Assembly (NCBI GenBank): GCA_026770705.1 | Contig: JANJGN010000006.1 | Coordinates: forward strand, 147,250,001 to 147,314,000 | Length of the DNA stretch: 64,000 bases | Origin: Isurus oxyrinchus | Taxonomy: Eukaryota | Reading direction: 5' to 3' | Shown: positions 9,890 to 21,101 of the stretch, piece by piece | How positions within the stretch are numbered: the first letter of the stretch is position 1 | Layout of the letters: the number at the start of each line of letters is the position of its first letter | Position numbers and translations under genes: made by a program | The notes under the pieces: model-generated | What the model saw: only the letters and a program-made list of their open reading frames with translations | Database searches by the model: none | What the model was told of the DNA's origin: nothing

Positions 9890-12691
9890 GGGGAAGGCGA
9901 TGGCATAGTGGTATTGTTGCTGGACAAGTAATCCAGAGACCTAAGGTAATGCTCAGGGGACCTGGGTTTGAATCTCGCCATTGCAGACGGTAAAATTTGA
10001 ATTCAATAAAAATCTGGAATTAAAGGTCTATTGATGACATTGTTGATTGTTGGTTCGTTAATGCCTTTAGGGAAGGAAACCTAGCACCCTTACCTGGTCT
10101 GGCCTGTATATGACTCCAGATGTGGCTGTGTGACTCCACAATGTGGTTGACTTTTAAATGCCCTCTGAAATGGCCAAGCAAGCAACTCAGTTATATCAAA
10201 CTGCTACAGAAAAGGAATAAAACCGGATGGACCACCTGGCATCTACATAGGCACCGGAAACAACAATGGCAATCTCAGCCCTGTTAGCCCTGCAAAGACC
10301 TCCTCTACTGGGTTTCTCATGTCCTACCAGCAGAACAGACCCAGGGATGGTGACAGTGGTGTCCTGGGCATTGCCTGTAAAGTATGATTCCGTGTTGCTT
10401 GATTAGTCTGGGGGCTAGTGCCAAAATTGGGAGAGCTGCCTCATAGACTGCAGCAGAGGTGGGGGCACAGTGATACACAGTCAGGAGGGAGTTGCCCTGG
10501 GAGTCCTCAGCATCGACACTGGACCACTTGGAGTCTCATGGCATCAGGTCAAAAATGGGGAAGGAAACCTCCTGCTGATTACCACGGACCTCCCTTCCTC
10601 AGCTGATGAATCAGTGCTCCTCCATGTTGAAAGCACTGAGGGTGGCAAGGGTGCAAATGCACAATTGTGGGGGGGGGGGGGGGGTGCAGTGGATTCAATG
10701 TCCATCTGGAAGGGTAGCTCAGTAGCACCACTACTGACCGAGCTGACTGAGTCCTAAATGACCTAGCTGGTAGACTGGGTCTGCGGCAGGTGGTGAGGGA
10801 AAAACATACTTGACCTTATCGTCACCAACCTGCCTGCCACAGGTGCATCTGTCCATGACAGTATCGGTAGAAGTAACCACCGCACAGTCATTGTGAATAC
10901 CTTCCAGCTTCACATTGAGGATAGACTCCAACGTGTGGTGTGGCACTACCACCGTACTAAATGGGACAGATTTTGAAAATATCTAGCAACTCAATACTGG
11001 GTATCCATGAGGCGCTGTGGGCCATCAGCATTGTACAAGAACACACTCTGTAGCTCATGGCCTGGCATATCCCCACTCTATAGATGCCAGTCTTCAGCAA
11101 ATTCGATTCACTCCACACAATAACAAGAAGTGGCTGAAGGCAATGGGTAGTGCAAAAACTATGGGCCCTGACAATATTCTGGCAATAGTACTGAAGACTT
11201 GTGCTCCAGAACTTGCCATGCCCCTAGCCAAGTATTGCAACACAGCTACAAGACTCTCATCTACCCAACAATTGCCCAGGTATGTCCTGTACATAAAAAG
11301 CAGGACAAATCCAATCTGGCCAATTACCAGCCCATCAGTCTACTCTCAATCATCATTAAAGTAATGGAAGGGGTCATCAACAGTGCTATCAAATGGCATT
11401 AGCTTAGCAACAACCTGCTTACTGACACGCAGTTTGTGTTCCAACAGGGCCATTCAGCTCCTGACCTCATTACAACCTTGGTTCAAATATGGATAAAAGA
11501 GCTGAACCCCAGAGGTGAGGTGAGAGTGACTGCCCTTGACATCAAGGCAGCATTTGACCGAGTGTGGCATTAAGGAGCCCTAGCAAAACTGGAGTCAATG
11601 GGAATCAGGGGGAAAACTCTCTGCTGTTTGAAGTCAAACCTAGCACAGGGGAAGGGTGTTGTGGCTGTTTGAGGTCAGTCATCTCAGCTCTACGACATCA
11701 CTGCAGGGGCTCATCAGTGTAGAGTTCTTGGCCCAACCATCTTCAGCTACTTTGTCAATGCCCTTCCTTCCATCATAAGGTCAGAAGTGGGGATGTTCGC
11801 TGATGATTGCACAATGTTCATCTCCATTCGCAACTTCTCAGATACTGAAGCAGCCCATGACTAAATGCAGCAAGACCTGGACAATATCCAGGCTTGGGCT
11901 GACAAGTGGCAAGTAACATTCGCACCATGCAATTGCCAGACAATGACCATCTCCAGCAAGAGAGAATCTAATCATTGCCCCTTGACATTCAATGACATTA
12001 CCATCATTGAATCCCCCACTATCAACATCTTGGGGGTTGCCATTGACCAGAAACTGAACTGGACTAGCCATATAAATACTATGGCTACAAGAGCAGGTCA
12101 GAGACTAGGAATCCTGCAACAAATAACTCACCTCCTGACTCCCCAAAATCCTGTCCACCATCTACAAGGTACAAGTCAGGAGTGTGATGGAATAGTCCCC
12201 ACTTACCTGGATGTGTGCAATTCCTACAACACTCAAGAAGCTTGACACCATCCAGGACAAAGCAGCCCGCTTGATTGGCATCATATCCACAAACATTCAC
12301 TGCCTCTGACACTGACACACAGTAGCAGCAGTGTGTACCATCTACAAGTTGCACTGCATGAATTCACCAAGGCTCCTTAGACAGCACCTTCCAAGCCCAC
12401 AACCACTACCACCAAGGACAAGGGCAGCAGATATATGGGAACATCAACAGCTAGAAGTCCGCCTCCATGTCATTCACCATCCTGACTTGGAAATATATCG
12501 CTGATCCTTCACTGTTGCTGGGTCAAAATCCTGGAACACCTTCCCTAACAGCACTGTGGGTGTACCTACACCACATGGACTGCAGCAGTTCAAGAAGGCA
12601 GCTCACTACCACATTCTCAAGGGCAACTAGGAATGGGCAATAAATGCTGGCCCAGCCAGCGAAGCCCACATCCCATGACTGAATTAAAAAA
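9890..12691 (+). mobile_element. LINE-A: tRNA-headed APE-RT non-LTR retrotransposon (decayed, internal deletions)
   Basis: A box tggcatagtgg 9901-9911 and B-box-like gggtttgaatc 9964-9974. APE start GLVPKLGEL at ~10412. RT fragments GPDNI..IVLKTCAPEL, NYQPISLLS, LDIKAAFDRVW, FADDC. Tail ends catcccatgactgaattaaaaa. Confidence 0.85.
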
Positions 12692-13890
12692 CACATGTCT
12701 CTGTCCAGTCCACAACTCTCACTAGACTCTGGTCATGTGACTCTTTACATCATACTGTGGGCGCTGCTGTTCTGAGTCGCACATTAACCCTTGCTATGCC
12801 AGATATCTTTATACTACACCTCCCCTATGTCTTTACCCAATGTATTCACAATACAATCATGTTTACCCAACATACTTAAATTACTATTATTCTGCCCCTT
12901 CTTCCTCCCTCAGGTCTCTTTCTTTACAGATTCAGGTGGTCTGTAGGCTTGACAACTCTTCTAGATCTTGTTCTGCTAATATTTGGAGGGCTGGTAGACT
13001 CTGTTGCTTTGGTTAAACCTTGTTGGTTCAGAGGTTAAATCATAAGTTTTCTTTCTGGCACTTGGTTGCCTTCTTCTAACTCTTTCTTTTCCGCTCCTTG
13101 AAGTTTAACCACTCCTTGTCAACTCTCCATCTGGCTTATCTTGTTCCTTTCGGAGAGAATGTATTGTCTGTTTGTTCTTAGTGTGAACCCGGTGTTTCTT
13201 TTGGCGTGTGTTCCACCGTGATCCTTGTGGGGGTCGAAGGTTTCTCCCCCCATCATGTAGTTGCGCCTTATCAATAGGCTCACCTTGCAGTTTGGACTTT
13301 TCCAAGGCATCATTCTCTTTGGTGTGCTTCCATGCCTCAGTGAGGTGTGCTGTGGCACATTGATAGTTGCTACCTTGTTCCATCAGCGTCCATGTTGTTG
13401 GATGCATTGGCTGGGGGTTGCAGCATCTGTGCTTGGTGTTTAGCGTTATTGTGATAGCAACATTTAGAGCCTGAGGTTGGGGTTCATCTTGCTGCTGCTG
13501 ATCATTCTCTTGATCGTCTTCCACTCGAGGCACCATGCTAACTATCTGCATGGTTGGCTGGTCTGACCAACTGCCTCCTGCAAAGAAACTGGATAAACCA
13601 GCTCTGCGAAGATTGAAGACAATTCAGAACTGAAGTCGCAGTCGAGAGTATCCTTATTGTTGGGCCTCCTGGGAAGTTACAGTTCTGTGTAATTAACGAA
13701 AGAGGTTATTTTGATGTCTTCTGCTATTTTAAAGAGGTTAAGGGCAACCCAAGCATCTCTGCTCAGAAGAGAACAAGATTGGTTACAAATGACGTGCATG
13801 ACTGAAAATATGTGCTTGTCCCAAATCTTAATGGTTCCAGGTTCATGCCATAACTGGAAGTCAGATTTATCCAGGCCCATACAGTGGTGT

Positions 13891-14091
13891 AAAACAAAAA
13901 CAGAATTACCTGGAAAAACTCAGCAGGTCTGGCAGCATCGGCGGAGAAGAAAAGAGTTGACGTTTCGAGTCTTCAACTCTTCAACGTCAACTCTTTTCTT
14001 CTCCGCCGATGCTGCCAGACCTGCTGAGTTTTTCCAGGTAATTCTGTTTTTGTTTTGCATTTCCAGCATCCGCAGTTCTCTTTGTTTTTAT
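13891..14091. mobile_element. Palindromic mini-element made of two inverted Penelope pLTR ends
   Basis: Near-perfect inverted arms (13891-~13963 and ~13983-14056). Flanked by 14-bp TSD ccatacagtggtgt (13877-13890, 14092-14105). Confidence 0.85.
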
Positions 14092-14169
14092 CCATACAGT
14101 GGTGTGTCTGTTGTTCATATCCAGAGGTCTCTCAGCCACAGTTCCTTATCTAAGAGGGCCATAATACTG

Positions 14170-15115
14170 GCTCCCATGTCCAATTTAAAGTTGGCGAGGT
14201 GACCATTCACTGAGATGCCTGCGCTCCAGAGAGAAAATCCAGGATTTTTGACCTCACCAAGAAGAATGGTTGGGTCTCGTCCTGGTGTGGTACCTCAATC
14301 CTATAAATCACCTTGGGATCTTCTGACCATCTGGATGTTTTAGCTTTGCATAGCTTCCCGAAATGTCCTATGTGGTTGCAATTAAAATACTGTACTGAGA
14401 CTGCTGGATATTGATCATACCTGTGAGGCCGTTTGTCTCCACAGCGCTGGCATGGTCTCCCACTTTCTTGTGGTCGATGTGAGTATTGCTTCCCTTGGCC
14501 TGGAGTGTCTCTGCTGCTTTGTTGGTTTACTAGCTGGGCAGTTGGTGTTGCTCTGTACCATGGCTTGCTTTCGCTATACTAATGTATTGGTGCTGTGGTG
14601 GATTTCGGATTGCCTGATAATCTGAATGGCCTTTTCAAGGGTAAGATCTTCCTTGGCCTGAAGCATGTCTGAAAGGGCATTGGCCTGCACTCTGACAACA
14701 ATCCTGTCCCTTATAATTTCTGATTTCAGGGCACTATTATCACAGTTTTCAGCGAATCTATTTAGTTTATTAATAGAAGAGTCAACCGGTTCTCCTGGCT
14801 GTTGGACACATTTGTTGAACTTTGTTCTTTCTTAGATTTTATTGCTTCTCAAATTAAAATATGTAAAAAAAAACAATTTTTAAACTTTGCCAAAGTCAGC
14901 TGAGGATTCATTGATCCCTTGTCTCACTATAGTATTGTCGGCTATCGGACCTACTGAATAAAGTAGTGTATTCGGATGTTCAGCTCCTGCCTTTCTATCT
15001 AGATCAGAATCTGTGATATATCTAAGGAATCTCTTCCACCAAAGTTCCTAATTTTGTGCTTGGTCTGAGTCTTGAATGTCCAAACTGGTCTAGTAAAGCC
15101 GTCTTTCTATCCATG
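14170..15115 (-). pseudogene. gag: Gypsy gag + aspartic protease remnant
   Basis: ERTKFNKCVQQPGEPVD...IIRDRIVV...EDLTLEKAIQ; FNCNHIGHFGKLC; FKLDMGAS. Confidence 0.8.
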
Positions 15116-15824
15116 TTGTTTAAACCTTTTTTTTCCCACTCCTTGAAGTTTAACCACTTCTTGTCAACTCTCCATCTGGGTGTAGCTTTAGATGCTGTGC
15201 TGGTTTTAACGATGGCACCGCAGTAAGCATTCTTTATTTAAGAATCTTTGTCCATGTTTGTCTGGTTTGGGCAGGCTCCTGCTGTGATGGTGGTGCCAAC
15301 CTCTTTGTCTCTCGTTTTGTGCAGTGATGCAGTTAATGGGCTATTCTGGCCTTACCCGTACTATCAGTGGATTTTCGAGTGGTTTAACGTTGCTTCCCAG
15401 CTTTGGCTGGGTTTTCTTAAAATGTCAACATTTTGTTTCGATTGGCATGGTGCCAACTCTGAACTCAGGTTGACCACGGTGCTTTCGGAAACAGGCTGCT
15501 CTGACTTTTAAAAGACTGAAAATATTTTTAAACTAGTTCTGGCCAAGTACTTTTTTTTCTTAGCGCACCCCTGCTAGCTCCATTGACTCTGCACTCTGTG
15601 GGTATTCAACCTGGACCTCCTTAAGACATTATGGCACCTTCAGCTGCACAGCAGAGTTGTTTCTTTTGCCTTCCACTTCCAATTTTGTTATGGAGCTTCT
15701 CTTAGGTGCTCTATCTCTCTCTGTGCCTTTGCTTCAGGTACTTTCAGTTAGGTCAGAATGCTGCTCCTTTAACTTTCCAACTTTTGAATTTCTGCTCCAG
15801 CTTCTCTGGGGCTCTGGGTTTTTC

Positions 15825-16071
15825 TGTTGTATATTCAGTAGGTCCTATGAAGAGGTTCTGAGTCTGATATGGTCAGACGTTAAGTGTTTATTGATAACAC
15901 ATAACTATAGTCCTAGCTAACAGCTAGCTCCATGCTAATTTCTGCACAGGTCTCTGTCCAGTCCACAGCGCTCTCTAGGCTCTGGTCATATGACTCTTTA
16001 CAGCATACTGTGGGCAGTACTTTTCCCAGTCCCACATTAACCCTAGCTATGTTACATAGCCTTATACTACA
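15825..16071 (-). repeat. 5' LTR of the Gypsy element
   Basis: TG...CA termini. Aligns with the split LTR at 9698-9850/12692-12818. Confidence 0.75.
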
Positions 16072-16874
16072 CCCTCTTCATTACTTACCTGTGGCCTGAG
16101 TCTTCCATGTTCTTTGACTCTGGAGGAGTGTCTTTCTGGCAGTGGCCACAGCCTGCTCAGTGGTACTGCTGAGCCGAAGGTCTGTCGGCCTCTGATTGGC
16201 CAACAGCTCACGGTAGGCAGGACTTCCACCCGCTGAGTCTGGATTCCAGGGGAAGGCCCGCTGACGGCCTTGCCACTGCCTAATTGGCTTGTGGTTCGGC
16301 GTGCCTTCCCAAAAAGAAGCAGCGTGGGTCTATTGATGGCTCTCCAGTCAGCAGGCGAGACCTGTGATGCATGGAAAAAATTCTGTCCATTGAAGTAAAT
16401 GTAAGCAACTGCCCATGTGTATTTAATTTGCATTTCCACGTCACCCCACTCACCACCACAGCTCTCCCCAACACCACCCTTTCTATCCAAAAAGGAAGGT
16501 CAGGGGAGGAATTCCTCTGGCTAATATGCACTGTGTTCACTCCTAAATAGATTTACTATATGGAGTAATCTGAGCAATTTCTCACCTTTAGTAAGAAAGC
16601 ATGAAAAAGTGATAATTTAGCAGATCAAAATCCCCAACATTATTGTGTGAGATACCAACAACTCACTCATCCAAAATTCCTCTTGCTGTTCTACTTTAAC
16701 TTGTGGTAACCTGTTTAAAATGCCTTAGGGCTCAAATAGAGGACAGACTAATACCAAGTAAATGTATTTAAGAGTTTAAAAGCAAAATACTGCAGATGCT
16801 GGAAATCTGAAACAAAAACAAAAATCGCTGGAAAAACTCAGCAGGTCTGACAGCATCTGTGGAGCGGAAGACAG

Positions 16875-16913
16875 AGTTAACATTTCGAGTCCGTATGACT
16901 GTTCATCAGAACT
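16875..16913 (-). ncRNA. Minimal type I hammerhead ribozyme motif (PLE pLTR)
   Basis: agtt-CTGATGA-acagtcatacggactc-GAAA-tgtt-aact. Confidence 0.55.
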
Positions 16914-17945
16914 GAAGAGAAATAGAAATGAGGTGAAATATAAGCTGGTTGATGGGAGTGGGACAGGTGGAGCTGGATAGAGGGCCAGTGATAGGTGGAG
17001 GCAAAGGAGAGATTGCCAAAGATGTCATAGAAAAAAGGACAAAGGGGTGTTGACAGTGGTGATATTAACCAAAAGATGTGCTAATGGTGACATTAAGGAT
17101 AGAATGAGCAAGTGACAGATAGCCCTAGTGGGGATGGGGTGGGGGGAGGGGATCGAAATAGGCTAAAAGGTGGAAATAGGCTAAAACAATGGATGGAAAT
17201 AAATTTAAATATAATAATAGAAACATGTGAGAAAAGAAAAATATATTTCAAAATATATATAATAATTATTAGTAAAAAGGGGAACAGAAAGGATGTGGGG
17301 ATGGGGGAGAGAGTTCATGATCTGAAGTTGTTGAACTCAATGTTAAGTCCAGAAGTGCCTAATCGGAAGATGAGGTGCTGTTCCTCCAGTTTGCGTTGAG
17401 CTTCACTGGAAAATTGCAGCAGGCCAAGGACGGACATGTGGGCATGACAGCAGGGTGGTGTGTTGAAATGGCAAGCGACAGTGAGGTCTGAGTCATGCTT
17501 GCGGACTGACCAAAGGTGTTCCGCAAAGCGGTCACCCAGTCTGCGTTTGGTCTCTCCAATGTAGAGGAAACCGCATTGGGAGCAGCAAATGCAGTAGATT
17601 AAATTGAGGGAAGTTCTGCTTCACTTGAAAGGAGTGTTTGGACTTTTGGACGGTGAGGAGGGGGCAAGTAAAGGGGCAGGCGTTGCACTTTCTGCGGTTG
17701 CATGGGAAGGTGCCATGGGAGGGGTTTGAGGGGTAGGGGGTGATGGAGGAGTGGACCAGGGTTTCCGGAGGGAACGGTCCCTATGGAACACCGACCATGG
17801 GGTGAAAGGGAGATGTTTTTAGTGGTGGCATCATGCTGGATTTGGTGGAAATGGTGGAGGATGATCCTTTGAATGCGGAGGCTGGTGGGGTGATACGTGA
17901 GGATAAGGGGGACCCTACCATGGTTCTGGGATTCTATTTCTCTTC

Positions 17946-17984
17946 AGTTCTGATGAAGAGTCATACGAACTCAAAACGTTAACT
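17946..17984 (+). ncRNA. Minimal type I hammerhead ribozyme motif (mutated GAAA)
   Basis: agtt-CTGATGA-agagtcatacgaactc-aAAAC-gtt-aact. Confidence 0.45.
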
Positions 17985-18092
17985 CTGTCTTCCACTCCAC
18001 AGATGCTATCAGACCTGTTGAGTTCTTCCAGCTACTTTTGTATTTGAGAGGTTATCCATTTTAAATAATTTATCTCACGCTTTGCATATTAA

Positions 18093-18497
18093 AGGGGAGA
18101 TAGTGGCATGGTGATAACGCCCATCTGTGAACTAGTGATCCAGAGGCCCATGCTAATGCTCTGGTGATATGTGTTCAGATTCCACCATAGAAGCTGGTAA
18201 AATTTGAATTTAATTAATAAATCTGGAATACAAAGCTAGTCTTAGTAATAGTGACCATGACAGTTGTCATAGATTGTTGTAAAAACCCAGTTGATTTACT
18301 AATGCCCTTTTGGGAAGGAAAACTGCCATCCTTACCTGGTCTGGCCTATACCTGACTTCAAACCCACAGCAATGTGGTTGACTCTTAACTGCCCTCTGAA
18401 ATGACCCAGCAAGTCACTTAGCTCAAGGGTAGTTAGAGAGAGACAACAGATGCTGCCCTTGCCAGTGATGCCTATATCCCTGAAAGAATTTTTTAAA
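18093..18497 (+). mobile_element. Full-length tRNA-headed SINE with LINE-A head, core and tail
   Basis: Head ggggagatagtggcatggtg; core ccttacctggtctggcct...gccctctgaaatg; junction ...cacttagct|caaggg...; tail ...atcccctgaaagaat. Confidence 0.8.
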
Positions 18498-18534
18498 ATC
18501 GAATGTCCCATTTTAAAATTCTGAGTCAAGTGGC

Positions 18535-20050
18535 TAGAAATTGGCCCAAACTCATTTTGGGGCACAGTGGTCATGATTTTGTCCATTCGCACTGAGGCAG
18601 GTGTAAGACAAGCTTGGTGTTGTCTCCTCATCTACCTGATTGTAATGTTGGTCAGAGTGAGGTCTGTGTTGCTGGCTGCCTTTGTGTTCAGCTGGGCACT
18701 GAGCAGTGTGCAGATTTGTACATCAGCCAACCTGCTCCTCTTAAAGGCAGTCTGCCCCTCTTAATGGAGAACTGCATTTAATGGATGAGAACTGCTGCAG
18801 TCAGCCGATACTGACACTGGTTGCAAGTAGGAGCTGCACAAATAGAGCACCAGGGAGGAGAGAGGGCTCCTATGTTCACGGATGCAGCACTAAAGGCCTT
18901 AGACAGGAGGATGGAGGTACAAACAGAACATACTCAGCAGGTCTGGCAGCATCTGGGATTAGAGAAACAGATGTTACCACTTCAGATTAATGACCTTTCA
19001 TTCAGGTTAGGGCTAGCAGTTTTACTGAATGGTCATTGATCTGAAAGATTATTGCTACTTCTCTCTCCACAAATTATGCCTGAGCCGCTGAGTATTTCCG
19101 GCATATTGTATTTGTATTTCGACCATGACGATATGGCAGCAGTGCTGCAAAAAGTTTAAATAACCTCATGCGCATGGTCAAGGTTAGTGACTGCATCGTC
19201 AAATGACATCTCATACCCACCAACCTCTAACACTGCTCAATGTATCAGACTTCCATCACTCACCCATCAGCACCCCTGAGCGCTGATGGCACACATGTAA
19301 CACTCGGATATTCCACTTCACCCTTACACACATTCAAATGATAACAGCCTCAAACTCTGCTCCTGCTGCTTCCACATATTCCCAGCTATTCAACTGTGGT
19401 ACGCACATCACCCAAGCACATTGCAACACTCACTGATATTCTTCCCTCTATCGTGCAGGACGAGCTGGCCATTAACTAAATGGCAATGGCTCTATGGGCC
19501 ACGAATCTGCTGTCCTCCCTCAGGATGAGCATTCATGTTCCCACCACTGTCACTCCACCGATGTCCTTGCTGTAGTCTCTCAAGCCAACCAGCACAGACT
19601 GCTGCTGCACATTTCCAGATGGTGCCATCCGAAGCTGGGCCCTTACGTCCCAGAGCTGCTCGTGGGCATCCTATAAGTCCAACTGCAATGTCCTCCAGTG
19701 AAACTCAGGAGGCTTCCACCAGCCATGCTGCAGTCACTGCGGTAGCACTGTGTAGAAATACAAGGACGGACATGGGCACCTGCAAGACAGGCACTGACAC
19801 AAGGGTGAGCAGTTCAGTTTTGCTTGTATGATTGAAGACATTGGTAAGGATGTCATGGCAAGGTTTTCATTTGTGGTTTTTATTACAGGATTCTGGCCAA
19901 GAGGATGCAGCATTGGGAATTCACAGGCAAATAGGAAGTGAGGAACCATGGAACAATGATGACGAAATCTTGACACCCAAGGCAAACTGATGTCTCAGTA
20001 GGTGCTCACAGGAAACCCATCCAATGCAAAGGCATCACAGATGCTTCATT
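18535..20050 (+). mobile_element. Harbinger-like remnant with Myb/SANT exon fragments
   Basis: ERAPMFTDAALKAL ... QCCKKF...MVK|gttagt donor. Interrupted by a degenerate Penelope palindrome. Confidence 0.55.
18920..19120. mobile_element. Degenerate palindromic Penelope mini-element
   Basis: actcagcaggtctggcagcatct ... gcctgagccgctgagtattt inverted arms. Confidence 0.55.
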
Positions 20051-20149
20051 TCAGCTTCTTCCTCAAGAGAAGAAGGGGCCTAGAGTAATTGGTATTATTT
20101 AATAATAAGTATCTTCCAAAAGGTTTAACTTAATTTAAAGGGGTAAGTC

Positions 20150-21100
20150 ATGTTAGGAGAGCACAAAGTGTTCCTCCTGCTCTGTGTGGGAAGCCGGGAA
20201 CATTTCCAGTGCCCGGGGCCAGCATATGTGTGGGAAGAGTCTCCAGCTGCAGCTCCTGGAAGCCCGGGTTTCTGAGCTGCAGCTGCAGCTGTGGCTGTGG
20301 ACACTGTGGAGCATCCACGAGGCGGAGAGTATCGTGGATAGCATATATAGAGAGGTAGTCACACCGCAGGCTAACAGTCCAAAGGCAGGAAGGGAATGGG
20401 TGACCACCAGGCAGAGCAAGAGGACTTGGCAGGCAGTGCAGGAACCTCCTGTGGCTATTCCGCTGCAAAACAGACATATCGCTTTGGACACTGTTAGGGG
20501 GAATGGCCTCGCAGGGGAAAGCAGCAACAGCCAAATTCATTGCACTGTGGTTGGCTGTGCTGCACAGGGGAGGAGTAAAAATTGCTGGAATGCAATAGTT
20601 ATAGGGGATTCAATTGTAAGGGGAATAGATAGGTGTTTCTGTGGCTGCACATGAGACTCCAGGATGTTACGTTGCCTCCCTGGTGCTAGGGTCAAGGATG
20701 TCTCAGAGTGGTTACTGGTCATTCTGAAGGGGTCGGGTGAACAGCCAGTGGTTATGCTACACATTGCTACAAACGACATAGGTAAAAAAAAAAGGATGAG
20801 GTCCTAAAAGCAGAATATAGGGAGTTAGGAGGTAAGTTGAAAAGCCAGACCTCAAAGGTAGTGATCTCAGGATTACTACCAGTGCCACGTGCCAGTCAGA
20901 ATAGGAATAACAGGGTATATCGGATGAATTTGTGACTGAATAGATGGTGTGAGGGGGAGGGTTTCAGATTCCTGGGACATTGGGACCGGCTCTGGGGGAG
21001 GTGGGACCAGTACACACTGGACAGGTTACATCTAGGCAGGACCGGGACTGACGTCCTCGGGGGAATATTTGCTAGAGTGGTTGGGGAGGGTTTAAACTAA
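20150..21100 (+). pseudogene. CR1 ORF1: Zn-finger/leucine zipper + SGNH esterase
   Basis: CGKSLQLQLLEARVSEL; IVIGDSIVRG; CLPGARVKDV; D.LHL. Contains stops and frameshifts. Confidence 0.85.
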
Positions 21101-21101
21101 A

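Larger units (their letters stand above)
9698..16071 (-). mobile_element. Internally deleted Ty3/Gypsy LTR retrotransposon (gag-protease; RT/RH/IN absent)
   Basis: Two related LTRs tgttgtatattca...ttatactaca (15825-16071; and 9698-~9850 plus 12692-12818). Polypurine tract (cctcccct on plus) next to 12818. Gag, zinc knuckle, LDMGAS protease motif and a pol-like C-terminus RTRSRRVVKP. Confidence 0.8.
9295..16390. mobile_element. MITE-like element split by an LTR-retrotransposon insertion (halves ~9295-9697 and 16072-16390)
   Basis: The two halves join into the reverse complement of the intact copy at 36303-37023 (cattacttacctgtgg anchor). Confidence 0.6.
16777..18045 (-). mobile_element. Penelope-like element, 5'-truncated, with inverted upstream pLTR piece (17931-18045)
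   Basis: GIY-YIG region antisense (LYIGETKRRLGDRFAEH-like). Terminal ~115 bp are inverted relative to ~16810-16927. Confidence 0.85.

Noticed and set aside
9890-9985. tRNA gene
   Set aside because: A/B boxes are present, but there is no convincing cloverleaf and the sequence continues into a repeat body in several copies.
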